This document shows positions 14,043-25,205 of a stretch of DNA of 64,000 bases, in pieces. How positions within the stretch are numbered: position 1 is the stretch's first letter; each line of letters opens with the position of its first letter. The notes under the pieces are model-generated. The model worked only from the letters and a program-made list of their open reading frames with translations. It was not told where the DNA came from and made no database searches. A program made the position numbers and the translations under genes. This DNA is from Macrostomum lignano (lineage: Eukaryota), in NCBI GenBank assembly GCA_002269645.1, contig NIVC01000291.1, positions 496,001 through 560,000 on the forward strand, read 5' to 3'.

Positions 14043-14798
14043 ATGCACAATGTGGAGAGCTGCTATACGCGATGACAATATTAGGGGGGGGGGGTAGGAA
14101 ATATGGCGTGACGCATGGGTGGTTGAAAACCAGGGCTGACTGATAAAGTACAAATCGATGAATACAGAACAACACTTTTCAAACCAACGCGCTAATGAAC
14201 TGCGTTCTTGTTTCCTCAATTACGAGCATATATTATTCCGTCCTTCCTTGATTCACATACCTATGCATATTTATTTACTTGACCTTTTTGAGTAATCCTA
14301 GTTGCTCATAATCCTCGCAAGATCTCAGCTTGAATTCGTTATTCGTTGACGACACTTACTGTAGTCGTTTAAAAAGCTAAGTTAGCCGATATGTTTGTCT
14401 GTAATAAGCATTTACGAGCTAAAGTAAACGAAAAATGTTGGTCAAGTTTGAAGAGAAACAAGCAGGGAGTATTTTAGCCAATAAAACTCTTACTACCGTC
14501 GGGTGTGAAAACTGATAAATTTGATTGGTAAGAACGATGCAAGCAATTTTGCTTCAAATTCGTGTAAAACCAGTAGTAGAATTTAGCACACTGATACATA
14601 GCTACAGCTTGAGTATAGGGAATCCGAGCGTATCAAGGTTCTACGATATTAATGTTCAGATTTTGATACATCTCGAGTTCGCAAACAAAAATTCTTGACA
14701 GGAAGAAGAGCGTCGAGTCTAATAAAATATTTAAAACGGATGATAACTAAATAAAGTTCTACTCCTCGGACACCAACTTGACGCGACGATAAATTAAG

Positions 14799-16118
14799 TT
14801 ACTCGGTAAGGATGCGCAGGTGGAACTTCAGGCTCGAACTTCTCAGCGGCGTGAGGTACCTCTGCACCAGAACGTAGCGTCCCGGCGGCAGTACGAACCA
14901 GTTGGTCATAGTCCTGCCCGTCCATGGCTGGACGACCTGCTGCACCGGAAAGCGCATTTGTCCAGCTTGGAAGACCAACATGCCCTTCCGCACGTAGGGT
15001 CGGTGTTGCGGTGGCAGACTCCTCCGGTCTGGCTCTTCCAGACTGACAAAGCACGAGGCCATCTGGTCACTGTCTAGTGGTGAGTCCGTCAGAGCAACCG
15101 GGTATTGGCTGTTTGTCGGAATGCCAGAGTTCCACTCGCCATAGAAGTCCTGGCAATTCCAGTTGCCGCCAAGTTCCTTCGGCAGGTGCATGATTAACAC
15201 ACTATTGAAAAATCGGAAGAAGTCTTGAGCGCTCATCCAGTTCTCTCCGTCTGGTCGGCTGACGAGATTCAGCCTGGCCTTGTCTTCAGGCGTCCACTTG
15301 GGATCGAAGTCGGACCAGTTTCCCCTCCACTCCATCGGCCTTACTGGACCCCACGGATTTCCGACTCGGATGAGCGTCACTTGCCCCTGTTGAACCACAT
15401 CGACACCATGCAGTCACAGTGTAAATATGGTATGGAAGCAGTCCACGACTCTGGTAGAATTGTAAGTTGACATTTTTGGAGTACCGGCGCAAACCACTGA
15501 GCCCTGATCTAGGCTCTTCTTCATGTACATCGGCAGCTGGAACACGTTGAATGGTGGCCAGGTACAAATCTGGCCAACTCCACCGACCATGTCCGCCAAT
15601 GCGTCCGTAGGATCTCCGAATTCCAGCGAATCGTAGCAGCCCAGCAGCTTAGCGCACGCCTTCTCCAGCAGACACACCCAGAACTCGTTGTTGAACGCCT
15701 GGACAAACGCTGGACGACCACCTACGGTCGGCAGTCGGTCGTCCACCATCACCTCAACGAGTTGGCCAAACGGTCGGAACCGAAAGCGAAAGGCTCCGCA
15801 GTAGCCCTTGTATTTGTTCATCGACTGGCCGTCCACGACAACCATGGAAATGAGATTGGGCTTCTCAGCCAGCGCCGCCAGCGGAGCCAGAATCCAGCAG
15901 TCGCTGCGGCCGAACTGGTTGACGTCAAACTTGGAAAATCCGTCCTTCACGAACTCCGCACTTGAGCTAATCTGAGGCGGCCGGAGCCACATAATTTGTC
16001 GATTTACTCGTTTTGAGTAGGCGATCGAGCTGTCATCGGCGGGGAACTCACTGTCCACGTACAGCTTGCCAGATTTGCGGAGTTGCTGAACGATGGCCTC
16101 GTTGCGCTCAATGTTCAT
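14799..16118 (-). pseudogene. intronless calpain-like cysteine protease (CysPc + C2-like domain), frameshifted copy (pseudogene or sequencing error)
   Basis: Catalytic Cys motif NQFGRSDCWILA and Asn motif GNPWG lie in one frame, interrupted by TGA at 15414-15416. The His motif GLLPYHIYTVT is in a shifted frame. C-terminal LPPGRYVLV...FHLRILTE. Confidence 0.85.
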
Positions 16119-16915
16119 TTTGAGCAGCTTCTAACAGGAAACGTTATGAAACGGAAATAAGAGGTTTTGTAGTGAACCGACTTGATGCATTGGAATTGGA
16201 GACAGAAAGAGGCGGCACTTTTATAATGATGCAAGTGAGTGTTGATGGTAAGGGGTAGAAAGAATTTCTCGCAAGCAGATAATGTAATAGAACAGAACAG
16301 TGCAATGTTTTCATTTCGATGCAGTGGCGTGATGCGACTCTTGTTTATTATGTTTTGACAATTTTGACTTAAGGTTTGGGGAATATGCAAGGTTGGAGGT
16401 AAAATTAGAACCGCGGTGAAGCAGTTGGATTGCCCTAGAAAGAAACTGAAACTGCGTTTCTGAAAAACAGCTTTTAATTTTTTCCATTTTGGGTAAGAAG
16501 TGGAGGCGGCAGAAAACAGATAAAGTCATTGGCTTGCAGAAGGTCAGCAGCGGAAGCACTCCTGGTTGTCTTGTGTAACCGACGAAGGCAGCGAGAAAGA
16601 AAATGGAAACGAAAAGAAATGCAACGAGACAAAGAGTCAGACTCCCCACCATCTATTCATCTCAAATCGGTGTATGAGCGAAGTAAATATGTTGTGTATC
16701 GGTCACACTCGACCATGCAGTCACGAGATGGTCAGGCGAACTTTTTGAGGTCGAGCGCATAAACAAAAATGGAGTGTTTATCAATTTTTTTAACAAAACT
16801 AGTGCACTCGTACGAGACTTTCTTTATAAAAGCCACACTTTTGATACTGGAAGTTTGCTATACAGACATTCGCTCGTAGTAAAACTGATTACTTTTTAGA
16901 AACTCTTGCAGAGCT

Positions 16916-18283
16916 ATGAACGTGGTACAGAACGCAAAGATTATCCTCGATCTGCAAAAGTCCGGGAAGCTGTTTGAAGATCCCGAATTTCCAGCTGATG
17001 ATCGAGCCATCTCGTTCGCAGAGAAGAAGAGCGGCTTTACGTGGCGTCGACCTAGCGAAATTCACGGAACGAATGCGAAGTTCATCAAAGACGGCTTCTC
17101 CATCTCGGACATCAACCAGGGACTGTTAGGAAACTGCTGGATTTTGGCGTCCGTTGCCGCCCTGACCGAACGGAAGGACCTGATGGCCAAGATGGTCAAC
17201 AAGGCCCAGGTGATGAGCGGCAGCCAGTACCGCGGTGCCTTCCGCTTCCGGTTCAGACCGTTCGGACGCGAGGTGGAAATCATGGTGGACGACCGGCTTC
17301 CCACGGACAAGGATGGGCCCGTGTACGCCAGACCTTACAAGGGAGAATACTGGGTCTGTCTGCTGGAGAAGGCTCTGGCCAAGCTGCACGGCTGCTACGA
17401 AGCTCTGGAAGGAGGCTTTATATTGGAAAGCCTGGCCGACCTGACAGGCGGTGTGTGCGAGCGGTTTTTCTGGTATCCGAACGAGGAGTGGCTCGTTTCC
17501 AGCTACCTTGAAAAGTGCGTCGCTAAGAAACTGCTGATCGGAGCGGGGACAAAGTCTGAAAACAGACTAACTGACAAAAGCCTTCGGATATCCAAAAATG
17601 TTGGATTGAGCCCGTCCCATGCCTACGCAGTGACTGGTGTGGAGAGAGTCCAGCAACACGGCCGGTCAGTCAGCCTGATTCGCATCAGCAACCCTTGGGG
17701 ACCGCTCGCTGGAGTCGAGTGGCGCGGTCTGTGGAGCGATTTCGATCCGGACTGGACAAACGAGCAGATGTCCAAGGTAGAGCTGGTCAAAAGAGCTGAT
17801 GGACAAAACTGGATGGAGGTGCGAGACTTCATGGAGTTCTTCTCACAGGTGACGGTCCTTCACCTGGCGAAGAACGTGGACAGTGGAACGACCGGTTCGG
17901 AATGGAACGGAAACTACCTGCATGGCGAGTGGATCAAGGGCCAGGACATGACGAGCGCCTTCTTGCAGAACAAAAGGTACGAAATGGTTTTCACTGACCG
18001 CAAGACAGACTATGACCAGCTGGCCACCGCCGTAGTCAGCATCGAGGAGCCGGATCAGCGACACCTGCCGCGAGATAGTCAACGCTTCGCCACCAAAGGC
18101 GTCTACATCTACAAGTCGAACACTCTGGTGACGCACATCCAGCAGCAGGCGAGCGAAAATATGCGAACCTGTGTGCGGCGCGTCACCTTGCCGCCCGGTC
18201 GCTACACGGTGGTGCCGAAAGTCATCGGAGAGTTCGACGGCCCGAAGCTGGAATTCCTGCTTCGTGTGCTCACCGAGGACTGA
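16916..18283 (+). CDS. intronless non-classical calpain (CysPc + C2-like domain, no penta-EF hand)
   Basis: 455-aa ORF with FEDPEFP, QGLLGNCW (Cys), SHAYAV (His), NPWG (Asn) and LPPGRYTVVP...FLLRVLTE. Confidence 0.95.
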   Translation: MNVVQNAKIILDLQKSGKLFEDPEFPADDRAISFAEKKSGFTWRRPSEIHGTNAKFIKDGFSISDINQGLLGNCWILASVAALTERKDLMAKMVNKAQVMSGSQYRGAFRFRFRPFGREVEIMVDDRLPTDKDGPVYARPYKGEYWVCLLEKALAKLHGCYEALEGGFILESLADLTGGVCERFFWYPNEEWLVSSYLEKCVAKKLLIGAGTKSENRLTDKSLRISKNVGLSPSHAYAVTGVERVQQHGRSVSLIRISNPWGPLAGVEWRGLWSDFDPDWTNEQMSKVELVKRADGQNWMEVRDFMEFFSQVTVLHLAKNVDSGTTGSEWNGNYLHGEWIKGQDMTSAFLQNKRYEMVFTDRKTDYDQLATAVVSIEEPDQRHLPRDSQRFATKGVYIYKSNTLVTHIQQQASENMRTCVRRVTLPPGRYTVVPKVIGEFDGPKLEFLLRVLTED

Positions 18284-19089
18284 GAGCGTCGCGTTAAATG
18301 ACTGCTCTTCTGACTAGCTTGAGGGACCAGTAATAATTTCAGTTTATTGAAGAAGCTGTTCTGAAGCTCGATTAGTTGTATCATTTCTATAGTAGGCCTA
18401 TTTATTCCGCGGGATCACTGGCCGATGGCTTTGCTATTTTTTACTATGAATCCCAGTGTTTCTGCCCAGCTCCCTTTATGCCCAGGCGAATGTCGAATAT
18501 CATATGTATTTTTTACAGTAGGCTATTTTTTGTTAATCAAAAAATTGTTTTTGCGGAGTGCTAAATAAGCGTGTATGACAGAAGCGCGCATGTCTATTTT
18601 CATGTATATTTATAGTGCTCACACCGACGAATGGCGCACATCTCCTGGATCCACTTTGCCTATCCCATTGATTAACCACTGATTAGTTGGAGGGATTTGC
18701 AATCGATCGGTTCGAAATGATGACAATTTAGACCAACGTAGCTTGTAGATACAAAGCACACGTACCGGGTATCATAGGAATACTGACTGAATTGAATGAG
18801 CGCGCTGCTGCAACGACTAGACTAGTGCTAGACTCCTGCAATCAGATTGCGCGCTAAATCAGTCCGTCCCGTTAATGCCATGGGCGGTTTGTTTTTCTAC
18901 ATTGAATCACACAGGTGAATACAGTAACTTCTTGAGTGTTAAAGGTGACTCATCTATTAGAGTTATCTTAATCTAAATATTTTAATTTCACACATGAGTT
19001 GCTATCCATCTGGGACTGTAAAGACACTTCTATTTAAAACGTGATAATTTGTATTGCTTCCTAACTTACCTTAAGAATTTATCCAGTGG

Positions 19090-19725
19090 CAGATTTTTCC
19101 TATAACTTCTTTTCCAGACTGCCTCGCTGCTCAATACTGGCATACTTATTGATTGTCTGCCTTATTAATTCCCTAGCAACCGATTATAGGTGCCAATAAC
19201 TCCGAATTAACCAGTTTCATTCACTCCGATTTTATATTTACATTTTTGTTTATCCTCGGACAGTTTGTACTTTCATTAAAATCGGTCAAGTTCTCTCTAG
19301 CCACCCGAGTTACCCAACTTTTACCTTAATAGCTGTGCGAGTTTCTTTATCGCTGGTTCTGCCCGCTCCTGTCCATATCTGGCCGTGGGAGGCGCGAGAA
19401 TAATAAATAAATGCGAGTTTATTTTTGGATTTTCAGAAATTTTCACTAAAAAAATTGAATTCCGTTTCTTGACTTTGAAGTTCGTTGCTCATTCGTAATT
19501 GCTACTTGCGATAGGCTTGAAATAGCTACCGTATGCAACTACGAGTAGTGTAGACAGAAAGTTAAATTTAAAATTTAATTTTTTTATTTTTAGAGCAACT
19601 TTAGTAAGCCTAAACTGCAGTGGCTACTTGCAGCTGCATAAGATTTGTAAGAGACTAATGAGCTGCTCTTTGCCTACAGTGCGAGTGCATGCAGCAACAG
19701 AACCGACCGCCATCAGAGTAGCTGA
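19090..19725. repeat. dispersed ~650-bp repeat, copy 2 (direct orientation)
   Basis: Colinear with 12660-13315. Confidence 0.9.
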
Positions 19726-21831
19726 TTAGACAGTAACACCCGGCTGGATTAGGGAGTGACACCCGGCTGGATTAGGGGGTGACACCCGGCTGGATTAGAC
19801 AGTAACACCAGGCTGGATTAGGGAGTGACACCCGGCTGGATTAGGGAGTGACACCCGGCTGGATTAGGGAGTGACACCCGGCTGGATTAGGGAGTGACAC
19901 CCGGCTGGATTAGGGAGTGACACCCGGCTGGATTAGGGAGTGACACCTGGCTGGATTAGACAGTAACACCCGGCTGGATTAGGGAGTGACACCCGGCTGG
20001 ATTAGGGAGTGACACCCGGCTGGATTAGGGAGTGACACCCGGCTGGATTAGGGAGTGAAACCTGGCTGGATTAGGGAGTGACACCCGGCTGGATTAGGGA
20101 GTGACACCCGGCTGGATTAGGGAGTGACACCCGGCTGGATTAGACAGTAACACCCGGCTGGATTAGGGAGTGACACCCGGCTGGATTAGGGAGTGACACC
20201 CGGCTGAATTAGGGAGTAACACCCGGCTGGATTAGGGAGTGACACCCGGCTGGATTAGGGAGTGACACCCGGCTGGATTAGGGAGTGACACCCGGCTGGA
20301 TTAGGGAGTAACACCCGGCTGGATTAGGGAGTAACACCCGGCTGGATTAGGGGGTGACACCCGGCTGGATTAGGGAGTGACACCCGGCTGGATTAGGGGG
20401 TGACACCCGGCTGGATTAGACAGTAACACCCGGCTGGATTAGGGGGTGACACCCGGCTGGATTAGGGAGTGACACCCGGCTGGATTAGGGAGTGACACCC
20501 GGCTGGATTAGGGAATGACACCCGGCTGGATTAGGGAGTGACACCTGGCTGGATTAGGGGTGACACCTGGCTGGATTAGGGGGTGACACCTGGCTGGATT
20601 AGGGAGTGACACCCGGCTGGATTAGGGAGTAACACCCGGCTGGATTAGGGAGTGACACCCGGCTGGATTAGGGAGTGACACCCGGCTGGATTAGGGGGTG
20701 ACACCTGGCTGGATTAGGGAGTGACACCCGGCTGGATTAGGGAATGACACCCGGCTGGATTAGGGAGTGACACCTGGCTGGATTAGGGGGTGACACCTGG
20801 CTGGATTAGGGGGTGACACCTGGCTGGATTAGGGAGTGACACCCGGCTGGATTAGGGAGTGACACCCGGCTGGATTAGGGAGTGACACCCGGCTGGATTA
20901 GGGGTGACACCCGGCTGGATTAGGGAGTGACACCCGGCTGGATTAGGGAGTGACACCCGGCTAGATTAGGGAGTGACACCCGGCTGGATTAGGGGGTGAC
21001 ACCTGGCTGGATTAGGGAGTGACACCTGGCTGGATTAGGGAGTGACACCCGGCTGGATTAGGGAATGACACCCGGCTGGATTAGGGAGTGACACCTGGCT
21101 GGATTAGGGGGTGACACCCGGCTGGATTAGGGAGTGACACCCGGCTGGAATAGGGAGTGACACCCGGCTGGATTAGGGAGTGACACCCGGCTGGATTAGG
21201 GAGTGACACCCGGCTGGATTAGACAGTAACACCAGGCTGGATTAGGGAGTGACACCTGGCTGGATTAGACAGTAACACCAGGCTGGATTAGGGAGTGACA
21301 CCCGGCTGGATTAGGGAGTGACACCCGGCTGGATTAGGGGGTGACACCTGGCTGGATTAGGGAGTGACACCTGGCTGGATTAGGGGGTGACACCTGGCTG
21401 GATTAGGGAGTGACACCCGGCTGGATTAGGGGGTGACACCCGGCTGGATTAGGGAGTGACACCTGGCTGGATTAGGGGGTGACACCTGGCTGGATTAGGG
21501 GGTGACACCTGGCTGGATTAGGGAGTGACACCTGGCTGGATTAGGGGGTGACACCCGGCTGGATTAGGGAGTGACACCCGGCTGGATTAGGGGGTGACAC
21601 CCGGCTGGATTAGGGGGTGACACCTGGCTGGATTAGGGGGTGACACCTGGCTGGATTAGGGGGTGACACCTGGCTGGATTAGGGAGTGACACCCGGCTGG
21701 ATTAGGGAGTAACACCCGGCTGGATTAGGGAGTGACACCCGGCTGGATTAGGGAGTGACACCCGGCTGGATTAGACAGTAACACCCGGCTGGATTAGGGA
21801 GTGACACCCGGCTGGATTAGGGAGTGACACC
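19726..21831. repeat. 23-bp minisatellite (~90 copies)
   Basis: GACACCCGGCTGGATTAGGGAGT units. Confidence 0.97.
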
Positions 21832-22739
21832 CTAAGGGAGTGAGTTATATAGCATACTCAGCATGTGTTTCGTGTCAACATTATAGTTAGACTAAAGACA
21901 ACTGCATGTAATCTGGAGCATGCAACATTTGTTTTATGGATTACTTTGCTTTATATGACTTATATCTAATTAGATAATTATAGCTAGATAGCGATATATT
22001 AAAATATATATGATACATTATATCATGCATTCATTTGGTTACTTTGGATTTTTATATTTCAAGCTTAAATGGCCTCAAAGGCTTTTGAAAAAACAAAAAG
22101 ATTGCTTTATTTTTGTTTCCTTTTTACATTTATATTCGCTTATTTAACTAGATTTAGTTGCTTATTGTTTGGAAATAATTGTTAATCCAAATCCTATTAC
22201 TTTTCACTTTTTCAACTCGGTCAGAATTGTGTACATGTATACTTTCGTGTGCTTTTGCGTCTTTTTCTTTTTGTTTAATAATCACTCGTTAATTTAAGTT
22301 GCTCTTTCATTACACTCTCATGTATCTCTTTGTTGTTAATTTTTTTAAATTGCAGTTTTTTATCAGAACTCCGTTTTCGGCAACGTTCCTACGAGCTAGC
22401 ATTTTGATGCATAAACTGACCAATATTTGTCTTGATTTTTCCTATACTTTATTTACTTAAAGCCACTTCAGCCTTGGATTGGCTCAGCTAACGTTCCTTC
22501 TGGGTTATTCGATGTAATTAAAGCCTTTTGACAATTAAGTACGCTTGCATGAATAAACGAATCCGCGGAACCTACATATACATGTATGGTTAGTCCTGTT
22601 CCTGTACCAGTCTGCAGCTAGCATTGCGTTATTACAGCGTATTTTCTGTGTTACCAAAGGCGCGTATTTTGTGCTTCCGCTTACGCGCGTACAGAATTAC
22701 CAAAACATGCGCGTAATACGCGCGTACCTGTTGCTTTGG

Positions 22740-23245
22740 GAGGGAATGCAGCTGAGTGAATGCGGGAGGGGCAGCTGAGTGAATGCGGGAGGGGCAGCTG
22801 AGTGAATGCGGGAGGGGCAGCTGAGTGAATGCGGGAGGGGCAGCTGAGTGAGTGCGGGAGGGGCAGCTGAGTGAATGCGGGAGAGGCAGCTGAGTGAATG
22901 CGGGAGGGCAGCTGAGTGAGTGCGGGAGGGGCAGCTGAGTGAATGCGGGAGAGGCAGCTGAGTGAATGCGGGAGGGCAGCTGAGTGAGTGCGGGAGGGGC
23001 AGCTGAGGGAATGCAGGAGGGCAGCTGAGTGAATGCGGGAGGGGCAGCTGAGTGAATGCGGGAGGGCAGCTGAGTGAATGCGGGAGGGGCAGCTGAGTGA
23101 ATGCAGGAGGGCAGCTGAGTGAATGCGGGAGGGCAGCTGAGTGAATGCGGGAGGGCAGCTGAGTGAATGTGGGAGGGGCAGCTGAGTGAATGCGGGAGGG
23201 GCAGCTGAGTGAATGTGGGAGGGGCAGCTGAGTGAATGCAGGAGA
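22740..23245. repeat. 22/23-bp minisatellite, same family as 13328-14042
   Basis: GAGGG(G)CAGCTGAGTGAATGCGG units. Confidence 0.97.
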
Positions 23246-23373
23246 GGAGGCAGCCGACCACCTGACCCAATCACAAGCAGAATTCGGGTGCACTCATCAC
23301 AGTTATCATGCAACGCGCCGAGATTTCATCGCAGACCGCAGAATCAGCGATGCATTGGGTCCTCGCTGGCAGC

Positions 23374-24485
23374 TCACTGGCCGCTGGCCCGGTGCCCCGC
23401 CGGCACCACGATGACGGGGGTCTGGCTGTGGTGCAGCAGGTAGCCGGACACCGAGCCAAGCACGGTGCGGCGCAGGACGCCGTGGCCGCGGCAGCCAACG
23501 ATCAGCACCGCTGGCTGCAGGCTGAGCGCCAGCTGGCACAGCGTGGCGCCGACCTCGGCCGACACCCGCTGGTGAAACTCGACGGCGCCATCATCTGAGT
23601 TCGGGCGTTTGCTGTCGGCCAGCAGGTCGCTGAGCGTCCTTCGAACCATCGACTCGAGCTCGGCCGACTGCTGCAGCCGGCGCTGCCAGGCGTCCTCCAA
23701 GCGGTCGGCCGTGGCGGCAGCGAGGGTGGACGCGGAGGTCATCGACGGCGGGTCGACAACGCTGAGCAGCTGGACTCGGTCGGAGGGTCGGGCGAGCCGG
23801 CTGGCGTAGAAAGCCAAGGCCTGCGGTGGGGTGGAGGCCTCGGCCGCTCAGGTGGGTCACCTCAGTTAGTCACTGCTCAGGTGGGTCACCTCAGTTAGTC
23901 ACTGCTCAGGTGGGTCACCTCAGTTAGTCACTGCTCAGGTGGGTCACCTCAGTTAGTCACTGCTCAGGTGGGTCACCTCAGTTAGTCACTGACTGCTCGG
24001 GTGGGTCACCTCAGTTAGTCACTGACTGCTCAGGTGGGTCACCTCAGTTAGTCACTGGCTGCTCAGGTGGGTCACCTCAGTTAGTCACTGCTCAGGTGGG
24101 TCACCTCAGTTAGTCACTGACTGCTCAGGTGGGTCACCTCAGTTAGTCACTGACTGCTCAGGTGGGTCACCTCAGTTAGTCACTGACTGCTCAGGTGGGT
24201 CACCTCAGTTAGTCACTGACTGCTCAGGTGGGTCACCTCAGTTAGTCACTGACTGCTCAGGTGGGTCACCTCAGTTAGTCACTGACTGCTCAGGTGGGTC
24301 ACCTCAGTTAGTCACTGACTGCTCAGGTGGGTCACCTCTGTCACTAGCTGCTCCTTCTCCAGTCGCTGCAGTCCAGCTGCAGTCGCAGTTACCAACTCAC
24401 TCACCTGGTTGCTATGCTGACTTCCATCTACACAGATGGCAATAGTTCGAGTTGCAGCCGATTTCTGCTGTTGCTGCTGTGCCAT
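23374..24485 (-). CDS. universal stress protein (UspA family), 2 coding exons
   Basis: Exon 24485-24405 (MAQQQQQKSAATRTIAICVDGSQHSNQ) splices GT-AG in phase 0 to exon 23820-23374 (ALAFY...LIVGCRGHGVLRRTVLGSVSGYLLHHSQTPVIVVP). Both USP signatures are present. Confidence 0.93.
23846..24340. repeat. 29/33-bp intronic minisatellite
   Basis: GCTCAGGTGGGTCACCTCAGTTAGTCACT(GACT) units inside USP intron 23821-24404. Confidence 0.96.
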
Positions 24486-25205
24486 TTTTTTGCTGCTTCA
24501 AGAGCCCCAGCTTTAATTTTGCAGTTCAAGATCAGTGCGCAGCGCTTTTTTAATTATTTTTTTGCCCGTGCAGAGTTCGCACTGCGCTGCTTCTGTTGGC
24601 CCAGTGAGTTCGGGCTGGTAGAGGTCACGGGAAGGTCAGTGCTTGCAGTGCCACATGCCAAACATACAATTATTATTCATAAATATATGATTTGAGTACG
24701 AAGTGAGACTGTTGGGATTAGGCACAGATATTCTCCCGTAATTCGGGTATCTAATCTACATCTATAGATGCACAGATGTCCTATGGATCTATAGATGTTC
24801 AATTTTCATTTTATTCAAATCTGTAGATATTCAAACAGACCGAACAAATCCATAGAGGTTCCGAGTTTCACAATCTGCTCTCACTGCTTTCGTGTTTCTC
24901 AGCTTTGCTGCTGAATTTCTGGTCTCTTGGAAGCCTCACCCAATAATTAATCAATTATTTCCATAACGGGGCCGGCAGTCACGCCCGGCTTGAGTCAGAT
25001 TGCTTTGGCTTCAGAAGGCCCAACAAAGCGAGTTTGCTCTCAGCAGGAAACAGTTCAGCCAGCACAGGTAATCAGCGAGTCTCCATGGAGCGCCAGGTAA
25101 ATTGTCAGTGGGGCAAACTTTGCCAAACAATTTATTTACTGCTTTTGCAAATGGTATTCGCAGAGGCAAAATTCGAGTATTCGAACTGCTAAACAGCTGG
25201 CGAAT

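Noticed and set aside
19726-21831. Regular array resembling CRISPR or telomeric repeats (contains TTAGGG)
   Set aside because: No unique spacers, eukaryotic context, no cas genes. TTAGGG occurs once per 23-bp unit and not as a (TTAGGG)n tract.
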